Source of the DNA: an uncultured delta proteobacterium
Lineage (GTDB): Bacteria > Myxococcota_A > Polyangia > Fen-1088
Assembly (NCBI GenBank): GCA_963796685.1
Contig: CAWCMR010000013.1
Location: 32,001-96,000 of the forward strand
Length of the DNA stretch: 64,000 bases
Reading direction: 5' to 3'
Shown here: piece after piece, positions 29,925 to 41,378 of the stretch
Layout: each line of letters begins with the position of its first letter
Numbering within the stretch: the first letter of the stretch is position 1
The notes under the pieces: model-generated
What the model saw: only the letters and a program-made list of their open reading frames with translations
Told to the model about the DNA's origin: nothing
Databases searched by the model: none
Program-made: the position numbers and the translations under genes

Positions 29925-30500
29925 ATGAGGAAATTGTTGTCGATTTGCATGTTGGCCGCCCCGGTCGCCTTCCTCGGAATCGCCGGTTGCTCATCCAGCG
30001 GCGGCGGCCTTCCCGAGGGCACGGGCGGCAAGAGCGGCAGTGGCGGTTCTGCAGGTTCGGTCGGAACCACGAGTACTGGCGGTACGATGCACACAGGCGG
30101 TTCTTCAGGCGCAGGTGGCGCCGTCAGCACCGGCGGGATGAAGGGCAGCGGCGGGACACCCGGCACGCCACCCGGCATGGGCGGGATGCCAGGCATGGGC
30201 GGGATGCCAGGCATGGGCGGGATGCCAGGCATGGGCGGCACCACCATGACGAATCCGCGTCCCGACGGTGGCTTTACCATCCCAGACGGCGGTTTCATGC
30301 GTCCGGATGGCGGCGGCTTCACGCGCCCGGATGGCGGCGGCTTCACGCGCCCGGACGGCGGCGGCTTCACGCGCCCGGATGGTGGCGGCATTATGCGCCC
30401 GGACGGCGGCGGCTTCACGCGCCCGGATGGTGGTCGCACAAGACCAGATGGTGGCGGGTTCATGCGTCCAGAGGCCGGCGGTGGCTTTGGCCGTGGCTAG
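29925..30500 (+). CDS. Low-complexity repeat lipoprotein (GMGGMP and RPDGGGFT repeats)
   Basis: Lipobox IAGC; GGGGGA RBS; no globular domain; repeats in frame with synonymous variation. Confidence 0.75.
   Translation: MRKLLSICMLAAPVAFLGIAGCSSSGGGLPEGTGGKSGSGGSAGSVGTTSTGGTMHTGGSSGAGGAVSTGGMKGSGGTPGTPPGMGGMPGMGGMPGMGGMPGMGGTTMTNPRPDGGFTIPDGGFMRPDGGGFTRPDGGGFTRPDGGGFTRPDGGGIMRPDGGGFTRPDGGRTRPDGGGFMRPEAGGGFGRG
30173..30489 (+). repeat. Coding tandem repeats: 18-bp x3-4 and 21/24-bp x10
   Basis: GGCATGGGCGGGATGCCA units followed by CGCCCGGA(C/T)GGCGGCGGCTTCACG-type units. Confidence 0.9.
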
Positions 30501-30530
30501 CTGCTAGTCGATTCCACTCCAGGGAAGCAA

Positions 30531-30565
30531 AGATCCGGGTGGGCGCAGAGCCTGCCCGGATTTCT
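30531..30565 (+). terminator. Possible intrinsic terminator hairpin
   Basis: ATCCGGGTGGGC-GCAGA-GCCTGCCCGGAT followed by a short T tract. Confidence 0.4.
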
Positions 30566-30676
30566 AAGTGTGGTTAGGGGCACCAGCCGCTGGGGGCTGG
30601 CCGCCCGGCGAACGGCCGCGAACCCACAACCTGCGAAAGCAGGCGAACGCGGGGCGGGCAGGCTAGAATGCCGGCC

Positions 30677-31033
30677 ATGCACGAGCTGTCGATTGCCTCG
30701 GCGATCCTGGATCGCGCGAAAGCCGCGTCCGAACAGAACGGCGGGGCGCGCGTGACCAAGGTCGGTCTGCGCATCGGCGCGATCTCGGGCGTGGAGACGG
30801 ACGCGCTCACCTTCGGCATCGAGGCCCTGAGCAAGGACACGCCGTTGCAAGGAGTCATCGTCGAGATCGAGTTCTGCAAGCGCAGGCAGCGCTGCACGGC
30901 CTGCGCCACCGAGTTCGAGCCCGAAGGCTTCTCGACGACCTGTCCCACCTGCCGGGGCGACGAAAGCGTCTGCATCGCGGGCAAGGAGCTCGATGTGATG
31001 TTCTACGAGCTGGAGGATCTACCATGCGCGTAG
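30677..31033 (+). CDS. hypA: Hydrogenase maturation nickel metallochaperone
   Basis: MHELSIA, two CxxC motifs, GKEL. Confidence 0.93.
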   Translation: MHELSIASAILDRAKAASEQNGGARVTKVGLRIGAISGVETDALTFGIEALSKDTPLQGVIVEIEFCKRRQRCTACATEFEPEGFSTTCPTCRGDESVCIAGKELDVMFYELEDLPCA

Positions 31034-31683
31034 ACGTGGAAGAAAAGGTCCTGAGCGAGAACGACAAGCTGGCGCTGGGGCTGCGCGAGCGCTTTCGCGA
31101 GCACAAGGTGTTCTGCGTGAATCTCATCAGCGCGCCCGGGTCGGGCAAGACCGCGCTGCTCGAGCGCACGCTCGAAGCCTTGCCCAAGACCGCCAGGGTC
31201 GCGCTACTGACCGGCGATCTGCAAACCGAAAACGACGCCCGTCGCCTGGCCAAGGCCGGTTTCCCGGTCAAGCAGATCACCACCGGCGACACCTGCCACC
31301 TCGACGCCAGCATGATCATCAGGGCGCTCGCCGACTGGGAGCTCGACGCCATCGACATCCTCTTCGTCGAGAACGTCGGCAATCTCGTGTGCCCGACCAG
31401 CTACGACCTGGGCGAGCACGCCAAGATCGTCCTGCTCAGCGTGACCGAGGGCGAGGACAAGCCGCTCAAATACCCGTCCATCTTCGCCGCCGCCGAGTTG
31501 TGCATCATCAACAAGATCGATCTTCTGCCCTACGTGCCGTTCAATCTCGGCCAAGCCGTCGCGAACGCGCGCCAGGTTCATCCCGGCATGGAGGTGGTGG
31601 AAACGAGCTGTACGAAGGTGCAGGGGGTAGACGCGTGGCTCGACTGGATCGAGCGACGGCGCAAGCAGGCGATGCAAGGCTGA
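31024..31683 (+). CDS. hypB: Hydrogenase nickel incorporation GTPase
   Basis: PGSGKT, CHLDA, ENVGNLVCP, EGEDKPLKYP, NKID. Confidence 0.95.
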   Translation: MRVDVEEKVLSENDKLALGLRERFREHKVFCVNLISAPGSGKTALLERTLEALPKTARVALLTGDLQTENDARRLAKAGFPVKQITTGDTCHLDASMIIRALADWELDAIDILFVENVGNLVCPTSYDLGEHAKIVLLSVTEGEDKPLKYPSIFAAAELCIINKIDLLPYVPFNLGQAVANARQVHPGMEVVETSCTKVQGVDAWLDWIERRRKQAMQG

Positions 31684-31702
31684 AGACGAAAGGAGCTGGA
31701 CC

Positions 31703-32491
31703 ATGGCGCGAACACAGAAGACGGCTCTGGTGACCGGCGCGTCGGCCGGGATCGGGCGCGAGCTGGCGCGGATTGCAGCCACGGACGGTCATGATCTGGT
31801 GCTGGTGGCGCGACGACGCGATCGATTGGAAGCGCTGGCCGCCGAGCTGACGACAGCTCACGGCGTACACGTCACGGTCATCGACGCCGATCTCTCGGAC
31901 CGCGCCACGCCCGCGACCATCGCCGAGCGCCTTCGCAACGAGAACAAGCCCGTCGATTTCCTGATCAACAACGCCGGCTTCGGCAACTGCGGCCTGTTCG
32001 CCGAGGCGGTCCTCGAACGCGAGGTGGAGATGATTCACCTCAACATCCGGGCGCTGCTCCAGTTGACCCATCTCTTCTTGCCCGAGATGCTGGCGCGAAA
32101 GAGTGGCCGCATCTTGAACGTGGCCTCGGTGGCCGGGTTCGTGCCAGGCCCGTACATGGCCACTTACTACGCCAGCAAGGCCTTCGTGCTCAGCTTCACC
32201 GAGGCGTTGTCCCATGAGCTCGGCGGAACCGGCGTCACCATCACGGCCTCTTGCCCTGGCCCGACCGCGACGGAATTCTCCGCCGTGGCCGGGAGCAACA
32301 AGGCCAAGCTCTCCCGGCTTGGCGTCGCAGACGCCGCGCCCGTGGCCTTGCACGCCTACCGCGCCATGATGGCGGGCAAGGTGGTGGCCATCCCCGGCCT
32401 CATGAACAAGCTGATCGCACAATCCACCCGCCTCGCCCCGCGCGCGTGGCTGCGCGCCATGGTCGGTGGCATCAACCGCAAGCGCGCTTGA
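31703..32491 (+). CDS. SDR family oxidoreductase
   Basis: TGASAGIG, NNAG, YYASK. Confidence 0.92.
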   Translation: MARTQKTALVTGASAGIGRELARIAATDGHDLVLVARRRDRLEALAAELTTAHGVHVTVIDADLSDRATPATIAERLRNENKPVDFLINNAGFGNCGLFAEAVLEREVEMIHLNIRALLQLTHLFLPEMLARKSGRILNVASVAGFVPGPYMATYYASKAFVLSFTEALSHELGGTGVTITASCPGPTATEFSAVAGSNKAKLSRLGVADAAPVALHAYRAMMAGKVVAIPGLMNKLIAQSTRLAPRAWLRAMVGGINRKRA

Positions 32492-32537
32492 CCCTCGGTA
32501 GATCCTCGGCAACGCTACGGCGGGTTGGGTAGGGGCG

Positions 32538-32702
32538 GGTGGTTTCGTCGTCGAGTGCCCCGTGATTCCAGGCTGCATCAGTCAAGGTGACACGCGGGAC
32601 GAGGCCCTGGCCAACATCCGCGAGGCCATGTGCCTGGAAAACCTGGCAGTCGAAGGCTGGACGCTGCCTGGCGAAATCGAGATCACGAAGGTTGCGGTCT
32701 AG
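32538..32702 (+). pseudogene. HicB-family antitoxin remnant
   Basis: GGFVVECPVIPGCISQGDTRDEALANIREA..*; no start codon or N-terminus. Confidence 0.7.
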
Positions 32703-32869
32703 CAGCCGAGCGCAGCCATGAACACGCTGACCTCGATCTCGGCGGTACGCAGAATCACATGGTGCCGGCTGCCGCTTGCTCGCTGGCGACGGGCTCGCCG
32801 CGCGGCTCACCGGCTTCTGTCCAACTTGCCGACAGTGCGCTGTGTAGAATAGCCACCTGTCGCGCGCTG

Positions 32870-32974
32870 GGCGCTACACTTGGAACATGCTGGGAAGGCG
32901 AGATCCAACGTCGCATCCAATATGTCGACGCTGGCCGAGTCGCGACCATTCCGGCTGACGAGGTCTTCGCTTGA
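32870..32974 (+). pseudogene. Addiction-module antitoxin remnant
   Basis: WEGEIQRRIQYVDAGRVATIPADEVFA* resembles the C-terminus of addiction-module (unstable antitoxin) proteins. Confidence 0.5.
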
Positions 32975-33020
32975 CCGTTCAACGCCTATGCCCGCTCTGT
33001 CTTTCTCCGTGCTCTCTCCT

Positions 33021-34277
<1,257 letters not shown>

Positions 34278-34468
34278 GGTGCCGGAGTCTAGCAGAAAGA
34301 GGTGCGTAGCAGTCCGTATTGAAGGGTGGGAATACGCATTACGACGCCTTTGTCCTCTACGGTATCGCCTCCTTCAAAGGGGAGTGCTAAGGTACGAATA
34401 CGGTGGGCTGCGGCCCGCCGAGCGGCGTGATGGACGTCGCCGGCAGCATCGAAGCGACAGGAGATCCC

Positions 34469-34984
34469 ATGACCATCGAAGAATCGATCAAGACCGCCAT
34501 TGTCTACGAGAAGAAGGTTCAGGCGACCTATGCGGCCGCGGCCAAGCGGGCCGAGGATGCGACGGCGAAGAAGGTATTTCAGACCCTTGCCGAGGAAGAG
34601 CAGGGGCATGTCACCTACCTCGAGAGCCGGCTCATGGAATGGCAGAAGGAAGGGCGTCTGTCTGACGAGAAATTGCGCACGGTCCTGCCCTCCAGCGAGC
34701 GGATCACGGCCGGCGTCAAACGCCTCCGGTCCCAGGTGGCTCAGCGCAAGGGAAGTCATGTGGCAGAGCTAGACTCTCTGCGGCAAGCGTTGGCCGCGGA
34801 GGATGAGACCTCGACCTTCTATCAAAAGATGGTGGCGGAGCTACCAGCGGAGGGGCAGAGTCTCTTTTCGCGTTTCCTGGAGATCGAGGATGGGCACGCG
34901 GCCATCGTGCAGGCCGAAATGGACAGCGTGACCCAGAGCGGTTTCTGGTTCGATCTGAGGGAATTCGATTTGGAATTGGGCTGA
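34469..34984 (+). CDS. Ferritin-like / rubrerythrin diiron protein
   Basis: E..Y, EEQGH, E..FY, EDGH; AGGAG RBS. Confidence 0.8.
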   Translation: MTIEESIKTAIVYEKKVQATYAAAAKRAEDATAKKVFQTLAEEEQGHVTYLESRLMEWQKEGRLSDEKLRTVLPSSERITAGVKRLRSQVAQRKGSHVAELDSLRQALAAEDETSTFYQKMVAELPAEGQSLFSRFLEIEDGHAAIVQAEMDSVTQSGFWFDLREFDLELG

Positions 34985-35127
34985 CAGCCGGATTGGCCGC
35001 CCCCTTGCCACGCACCGGTGCGGCGTGTGTGCCACCCACCGAGTGCGTGTATCGGAAAAGTAGTATTGAAAGTCTGAATTCAACCGTTCGCGCCATGCAC
35101 CTGGCTGCTCAAAATATGAATACCGGA

Positions 35128-35143
35128 TGTGAGAAATTTCACA
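35128..35143. promoter_or_regulatory. CRP/FNR- or Rex-type operator
   Basis: Perfect TGTGA-N6-TCACA (TGTGAGAAATTTCACA) in the AT-rich region upstream of the Rrf2-gltA-sucCD genes. Confidence 0.6.
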
Positions 35144-35209
35144 ACGAGTATCGATTCCGTGTTAGAAATAGGTGTTGGTCGATGTTGACCAGAAAGACGA
35201 GAAAAAGTC

Positions 35210-35662
35210 ATGTCAGCAGTTCTGCAGCAGTCCGATTATGCGATTCGTTGTCTCCTCTTTCTCGTCGAGCATCGTGGTCGCCTCGCCACCAAGTCCGAAA
35301 TCGCCAAGGCGGTGGACGCGCCGGATCTGTTCGTCGCCAAGATTCTCCAGCGCTTGGTCAAGGCCAGCGTTCTGGTTTCGGTGCGTGGGATCCACGGCGG
35401 GTTCTCGCTGGCCCGCGAGCCTTCCGCGATCTCTCTGCTCGACGTGCTGGGCGCTTCCCAGGCATCGCTCGCCTTCAGACCGTGCGTGCTCAATCCCAAG
35501 GCGTGTCCCCTGCAAGACACCTGTCCGTCGCGTCCCGTGTGGGTGAAGATCTACGAAAGCACGGTTCGGGATCTGCGCCAGTCGACCTTCGACAAGCTGT
35601 CCCGCGAGCACAAGAACAAACAGCGAGCTTGCGAGCGCCGCCTGGCGGCGCGGCGGGTGTGA
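35210..35662 (+). CDS. Rrf2 family transcriptional regulator
   Basis: DYAIR, KILQRL, SVRG..GGF.LAR; three C-terminal Cys (C-x6-C-x5-C). Confidence 0.9.
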   Translation: MSAVLQQSDYAIRCLLFLVEHRGRLATKSEIAKAVDAPDLFVAKILQRLVKASVLVSVRGIHGGFSLAREPSAISLLDVLGASQASLAFRPCVLNPKACPLQDTCPSRPVWVKIYESTVRDLRQSTFDKLSREHKNKQRACERRLAARRV

Positions 35663-35786
35663 GCGCTTTCCGGACCGCCTGAACGGTCCACGATCCGCGA
35701 GGTTGTTCCCAAAAGATCCTCGACAAGTCTTTTTTTGGTAAGTAGCATCCACTTATCAAAAGACGACTCGATCGGGAGGATTTTCC

Positions 35787-37076
35787 ATGCCAAACGCCGC
35801 GGAGCTGAAGATCAACGGGAAGACCTTGGAATTGCCGATTGTGGTGGGGTCGGAGGGGGAAAAGGCGATCGATATTCGCCAACTGCGGGCGCAGACCGGC
35901 TATGTGACCCTCGATCAGGGGTTCATGAACACCGGCGCGGTGACCAGCAACATCGCCTTCATCGATGGCGACGCCGGGGTGCTGCGCTACCGAGGCATCC
36001 CCATCGAGGTCCTGGCCGAGAAATCGACCTTCGTCGAGGTCGCCTACCTGCTCATCTACGGCAGGCTGCCGACGTCCGACGAGCTTGGCCGATTTTCGTC
36101 ACTCCTGACCCTGAATTCGGCTTTGCACGAGGATATGCGTCATTTCTTCGACCGCTATCCCACCACGGCGCACCCGATGGCCATCCTGTCGGCCATGGTG
36201 TGCTCGCTGTCGAGCTTCTATCCCGGCGCGCTCAAGGTGAACGATTCGGAGCAGAACGAGGCGACCATCACGAACCTGCTCGCCAAGATGCGCACCATCG
36301 CCGCCTACTCGTACAAGAAATCGGTGGGCGAGCCGTTCGTGTATCCGCAGGACCATCTCAGCTACTGCGCGAACTTCCTCAACATGATGTTCTCCGTCCC
36401 CTCGCGACCCTACGAGATCGACCCGGACATCGTCAAAGCCCTCAACCAAATCCTCATCCTCCATGCGGATCACGAACAGAATTGCAGCACCTCGACGGTG
36501 CGCCTGGTGGGCAGCTCGCAAGCCAATGTGTTCGCCACGGTGTCGGCCGGTATTTGCGCCCTGTGGGGACCCCTGCACGGCGGCGCCAACGAGAGCGTGC
36601 TCGACATGCTGGGCGAGATCCACCGCGATGGCGGCGGCCCGCAGAAGTTCATCGAGCTGGCCAAGAAGAAGGACTCGGGCTTCAAGCTGATGGGCTTCGG
36701 GCACCGCGTATACAAGAACTACGACCCGCGCGCCAAGATCATCAAGGCTGCTTGCGACAAGGTGCTGACCAAGCTCAAGATCAAGGATCCCTTGCTGGAC
36801 ATCGCCCGCACCATGGAGGAGGCGGCGTTGAAGGATCCCTATTTCGTCGAGCGGAAGCTCTATCCCAACGTGGATTTCTACAGCGGCATCGTCTACCGCG
36901 CCCTGCGCATCCCGACCAACATGTTCACGGTCATGTTCGCCATCGGCCGTCTGCCGGGATGGCTGGCCCACTGGAAGGAGATGCACGAGGATCCGGCGAC
37001 CAAGATCGGCAGGCCGCGGCAGATCTACACCGGGCCCGTCAACGCGACCTATGTACCCATCGAACAGCGTCGCTAG
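35787..37076 (+). CDS. gltA: Citrate synthase (type II)
   Basis: [41 protein letters not shown]. Confidence 0.97.
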   Translation: MPNAAELKINGKTLELPIVVGSEGEKAIDIRQLRAQTGYVTLDQGFMNTGAVTSNIAFIDGDAGVLRYRGIPIEVLAEKSTFVEVAYLLIYGRLPTSDELGRFSSLLTLNSALHEDMRHFFDRYPTTAHPMAILSAMVCSLSSFYPGALKVNDSEQNEATITNLLAKMRTIAAYSYKKSVGEPFVYPQDHLSYCANFLNMMFSVPSRPYEIDPDIVKALNQILILHADHEQNCSTSTVRLVGSSQANVFATVSAGICALWGPLHGGANESVLDMLGEIHRDGGGPQKFIELAKKKDSGFKLMGFGHRVYKNYDPRAKIIKAACDKVLTKLKIKDPLLDIARTMEEAALKDPYFVERKLYPNVDFYSGIVYRALRIPTNMFTVMFAIGRLPGWLAHWKEMHEDPATKIGRPRQIYTGPVNATYVPIEQRR

Positions 37077-37087
37077 AGAGAGACACG

Positions 37088-38272
37088 ATGAAGATTCACG
37101 AGTACCAAGCCAAGGCACTGCTTTCGAAGCTCGGGCTGCCCGTCCCCATGGGCATACCCGTGTTGGACCTGGGGGGCGTGACGGCCGCGGCCGAGAAGAT
37201 CATCCAGGCCACCCAGAACGAAACCGTGGTGGTCAAGGCCCAGATCCACGCCGGCGGTCGAGGCAAGGGAGGCGGCGTGAAGGTGGTCAAGGGTGCGGCG
37301 GCGGCCCAGGAGGCGGGAGCGAAGATCTTCGGTCGGCCGCTCGTCACCCATCAAACGGGGCCCGAGGGGCGCATCGTGAAACGCCTGCTCGTCGAGCAGG
37401 GCATGGCCATCGCTCGCGAGCTGTACGCCTCGGTGCTGCTCGATCGCGGGTGCAGCCGGGTCGTGGTCATGGTCTCGGCCGCGGGCGGCATGGACATCGA
37501 GGAGGTCGCGGCCAAGTCTCCCGAGAGCATCCTCATGGAGCACGTGGATCCGACGGTCGGCCTAGCGGCCTACCAGGCGCGCAACCTGGCCTATGCCCTG
37601 GGGCTCAAGGATCAAGTGGCCAAGAACGCCACCGCATTTTTCCTCAAGCTCTACGGGGCGTTCATGAGCCTGGACGCCTCGCTGGTCGAGATCAACCCCC
37701 TGGTGGTCACGGCGGACCAGAAGGTGCTGGCGCTGGATTGCAAGATGACCTTCGACGACAACGCCCTCGAGAAGCACAAGGACGTGGCGGAGATGCGCGA
37801 CCCCGACGAGGAGGATCCGACGGAGAGCGAGGCGCGCAAATTCGATCTCAACTTCATCAAGCTGGATGGCAGCATCGGCTGCATGGTCAATGGGGCAGGG
37901 CTGGCCATGGCCACCATGGACATCATCAAGTACTTCGGTTCCAGCCCGGCGAATTTCCTCGACGTGGGGGGCGGCGCCACCCAAGAGAAGGTCACCGCGG
38001 CCTTCAAGATCCTGACCTCCGATCCGTCGGTGAAGGGGATCTTCGTCAACATTTTCGGCGGCATCATGAAGTGCGACGTCATCGCGGGCGGCGTCATCGC
38101 GGCGGTCGCCGAGATCGGCCTGCGCGTACCCCTGGTGGTTCGGTTGGCCGGCACCAACGTCGAGATAGGAACCAAGCTGCTTGCGGAGTCCGGCCTGCCC
38201 ATCACCACGGCGACCGACATGGCCGACGGCGCGCGCAAAGTGGTTGAGCTGGTTTCCGGGAGAAAGAACTAA
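37088..38272 (+). CDS. sucC: Succinyl-CoA synthetase beta subunit
   Basis: [41 protein letters not shown]. Confidence 0.97.
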   Translation: MKIHEYQAKALLSKLGLPVPMGIPVLDLGGVTAAAEKIIQATQNETVVVKAQIHAGGRGKGGGVKVVKGAAAAQEAGAKIFGRPLVTHQTGPEGRIVKRLLVEQGMAIARELYASVLLDRGCSRVVVMVSAAGGMDIEEVAAKSPESILMEHVDPTVGLAAYQARNLAYALGLKDQVAKNATAFFLKLYGAFMSLDASLVEINPLVVTADQKVLALDCKMTFDDNALEKHKDVAEMRDPDEEDPTESEARKFDLNFIKLDGSIGCMVNGAGLAMATMDIIKYFGSSPANFLDVGGGATQEKVTAAFKILTSDPSVKGIFVNIFGGIMKCDVIAGGVIAAVAEIGLRVPLVVRLAGTNVEIGTKLLAESGLPITTATDMADGARKVVELVSGRKN

Positions 38273-38274
38273 CC

Positions 38275-39145
38275 ATGGCGATCTTAGCCAACAGCAAGAC
38301 CCGCGTGGTCGTCCAGGGATTGACCGGCGCGGCGGGAAGCTTTCACGCCAAGCAGATGCGCGACTACGGGACCGCGATGGTCGGTGGCGTGACGCCCGGC
38401 AAGGGCGGCACCGTCCACGAAGGCTTTCCCATCTACGACACCGTCGCCCAGGCGGTGAAGGCAACCGGCGCCAACGCCAGCGTGATCTTCGTGCCGCCCT
38501 TCGGCTCGGCCGACGCCATCTTGGAGGCTGCAGGGGCCGGCATCGAGCTGCATCGTGTGCATCACCGAGGGCATTCCGGTGCTCGATATGGTGCGCGCCA
38601 AGCGGGCGCTGGAAGGCAAGCCCTGCCGTCTCGTGGGGCCGAACTGTCCGGGGGTGATCACGCCGGGCGCGGCCAAGCTCGGCATCATGCCCGGCTACAT
38701 TCACAAGCCAGGTTCGGTCGGCATCGTCTCGCGCTCCGGCACACTGACCTACGAGGCCGCCTTCCAACTGACCGAGCTTGGACTTGGCCAGAGCACCGCG
38801 GTCGGTATCGGCGGCGACCCGGTCAAGGGGCTAGATTTCATCGAATGCCTGACCCTGTTCGAGGCGGATCCCGAGACCAAGGCCATTCTCCTCATTGGCG
38901 AGATTGGCGGGACGTCGGAGGAAGATGCCGCGGCCTTCATCAAGGCCAACGTGAAGAAGCCCGTCGCTGCCTTCGTGGCCGGCCTGACCGCGCCCCCCGG
39001 CCGGCGCATGGGTCACGCCGGCGCCATCATCAGCGGCGGCAAAGGCAAAGCCTCCGACAAGATCGCCGCTCTGCAGGACGCCGGCATCGCCATTTCCCCC
39101 ACGCCGGCCGATCTGGGCAAGACCCTCGCCAAGGCGATGCGCTAG
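38275..39145 (+). CDS. sucD: Succinyl-CoA synthetase alpha subunit, with an apparent one-base insertion near 38550
   Basis: [16 protein letters not shown] in one frame; [29 protein letters not shown] in another. Confidence 0.9.
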
Positions 39146-39316
39146 CCGCGAGCAGGACTTCTGCTATGGAGCCCGGTCGTACGGGCAGGGGGGCCGTAAA
39201 GCGACGCGCGGTGCTGCGCATAGCCGAGAGCCACGCCCGTGTCCACTTCGCGACGCAGCTTCAGCTACGACTTGAAGATGGAGCCGCCGACGAGCAAGGT
39301 CCGCTCCTCTCCGGTA

Positions 39317-39922
39317 CTACCGCGTGGCGCGGTCCGGCCGGAAGTCGCCCAGCATCGCTTCCATCGCCGACCAGATGTGCGAGACGTCGTTGGCGTAGAT
39401 GAGGAGATCGCGGCGCTTGCCGTGGATGTCGGTAACGTGGCCGGGAAGCTCGGCCTCTTTGTGAAAGCCCAGCTTTTCGAAGGTGCGTTTGGCGGCCACT
39501 TGGCTGTCGACCATGTGGGCGACGATCTTGTCGATGCCTGAGTCGATGGCGCGCTTGACGATGTGCCTGGCCAGCTCCAGGCCCAGGCCCTGCCCGCGAA
39601 TGGCGCGGTCGACATTGAGTCGGATCTCCCCGACGTGGCGGCTCCAGCCGTGGAAGGTCCGGTGCAGGGTCGCCTCGCCGCGAATGTCGCCACCCACCTT
39701 GCCCACGACGCTGATGGCTTCGCCGCTCGACAGCTTGAGCAGAAAGCGGTCGAGCCAGTCCGCCGTGGTGACGTCTTCCTTGAGCACCAAGCGATCTTCC
39801 TCGGGCATGGCCCGGTAGAAGCTCAACAGCGCGGGGCCGTCACTGGCGGTGGCCAGCGACAGGGTGGCGCCTTTGCCGTTCTTCAAGTGTGCGATACAGG
39901 GAAGATCCAATGCGTCCATCAC
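39317..39922 (-). CDS. GNAT acetyltransferase
   Basis: RGQGLG, FEKLGF; last gene of the kor operon. Confidence 0.85.
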   Translation of the reverse strand: MMDALDLPCIAHLKNGKGATLSLATASDGPALLSFYRAMPEEDRLVLKEDVTTADWLDRFLLKLSSGEAISVVGKVGGDIRGEATLHRTFHGWSRHVGEIRLNVDRAIRGQGLGLELARHIVKRAIDSGIDKIVAHMVDSQVAAKRTFEKLGFHKEAELPGHVTDIHGKRRDLLIYANDVSHIWSAMEAMLGDFRPDRATR

Positions 39923-39940
39923 GCCCTCCTTCCGGGGGTC

Positions 39941-40489
39941 CTACGCCAGCCGCGAAATACCGAACTCGTAACCCTTACCGAGGGCGCGCAGATTGAGACT
40001 CTCGGTGCCCTTGGGGACCGAATCGAGCACGGCCTTCTCGACCGACTCGTAGGACAGGAGCCCGGAGGCGCCGGCGAAGAATCCCACCATCACGATGTTG
40101 AGCACGAGTCGACGACCGAGCTCCTCGGCGAAGCGGGTCGCCGGAATGCCCAGCGTGCGCGCCTGCGCGGGCAGGTTGCCGTTGGTGTGGACCAGCTCTT
40201 CCTCGAAGAGAACCAAGCCGCCTGGTTTGAGCTGGGGCGCGAACTGCGTGCACGCATCCTGCGACATCAAAACCAAAATGTCAGGGTGGCGAACGTACGG
40301 GTACCCGATGGCCTCGTCGGAAACGATAACCTGTGCGCTGCACGCGCTGCCGCGGGCCTCGGGCCCGAAGGCCTGAATCATGGCCGCGTGCTTGCCGGCG
40401 TAGATCGATGCTGCCTTGCCGATGATCGAGCCGCACAGGATGATGCCCTGGCCCCCGAGACCACCGACGCGAATTTCGGTTCTGGTCAC
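39941..40489 (-). CDS. korC: 2-oxoacid:ferredoxin oxidoreductase gamma subunit
   Basis: GLGGQG, FGPEARG, NIVMVG. Confidence 0.88.
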   Translation of the reverse strand: MTRTEIRVGGLGGQGIILCGSIIGKAASIYAGKHAAMIQAFGPEARGSACSAQVIVSDEAIGYPYVRHPDILVLMSQDACTQFAPQLKPGGLVLFEEELVHTNGNLPAQARTLGIPATRFAEELGRRLVLNIVMVGFFAGASGLLSYESVEKAVLDSVPKGTESLNLRALGKGYEFGISRLA

Positions 40490-40490
40490 A

Positions 40491-41378
40491 TTAACCTCCG
40501 TACGTCGTGTACTTGCTGCCGAGGGTTTGGGTGAAGTGGTCGTTCATGGCATCCAGCCAGGTCGGCCGCTCGCGGTCGACGAATTTGCCGACGACGATCT
40601 TGCCGTCGAAGGTCAACCCGACCTCTTTGGTGTCCGCACCGTGCTTCACGATGCTGTTTTGCTTGTAGTTCTTGAGCTCGTCGATGCCGTCGCCGCGCTT
40701 GTTGCGGCGCGAGTACAGGGTGGGGCAGGGCGAGAGCGCTTCGATGAAGACGAAACCCTTCTTCTTGAGCCCCTCGTGCATGGCCTTGGCCAACTGGCGC
40801 ACGTGGAAGACCGTCCAGCGCGCGACGTAGACCGCGCCGCAGGCGTCGGCCAGGAAGGGCAGGTTCAAGGGCTGCTCGAAGTTGCCGAAGGGCATGGTGG
40901 TTTGTTTGGCACCGGTCGGCGTCGTGGGCGCGACCTGTCCGCCGGTCATGCCGTAGGTGAAGTTGTTCACGCACACGACCATCAAATCCATGTTCCGCCG
41001 TGCCGCGTGCATGAAGTGGTTGCCGCCGATGGCGGTCAGATCGCCGTCGCCCGAATACACCACGACCTTCAGCTTGGGGTTGGCGAGCTTGAGCCCGGTG
41101 GCGAAGGGGATCGCTCGCCCGTGCGTCGTGTGAAACGAGTCCAGATTCATGTAGCCGGCCACGCGGCCGGTGCAGCCGATGCCGGACACCACGGCGATCT
41201 GGTCGAGATCCATGCCCGACTCGGTGAGCGCGCGGGTGAAGCAGTTGACGGTGGTGCCGATGCCACAGCTCGGGCACCAGATGTGCGGGATGCGCTCCTG
41301 GCGAAGGAATGGCATCACGGGATTGACGGAGTCGATGTCGCGCAAGAGCGTCGGTGCCGTGTTGGGTAGGATGGTCAT
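40491..41378 (-). CDS. korB: 2-oxoacid:ferredoxin oxidoreductase beta subunit
   Basis: WCPSCG, SGIGC, HGRA, GDGD..IGGNH, YGMTGGQ. Confidence 0.92.
   Translation of the reverse strand: MTILPNTAPTLLRDIDSVNPVMPFLRQERIPHIWCPSCGIGTTVNCFTRALTESGMDLDQIAVVSGIGCTGRVAGYMNLDSFHTTHGRAIPFATGLKLANPKLKVVVYSGDGDLTAIGGNHFMHAARRNMDLMVVCVNNFTYGMTGGQVAPTTPTGAKQTTMPFGNFEQPLNLPFLADACGAVYVARWTVFHVRQLAKAMHEGLKKKGFVFIEALSPCPTLYSRRNKRGDGIDELKNYKQNSIVKHGADTKEVGLTFDGKIVVGKFVDRERPTWLDAMNDHFTQTLGSKYTTYGG

Noticed and set aside
30258-30489. CRISPR array
   Set aside because: Head-to-tail in-frame 21-24-bp coding repeats without unique spacers; no cas genes
30677-31683. Hydrogenase gene cluster
   Set aside because: Only hypA and hypB are present; no structural or other hyp genes in the window
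35019-35034. Minus-strand sigma-54-like TGGCAC-N-CCGC
   Set aside because: Poor -12 element, and it points antisense into the ferritin-like gene
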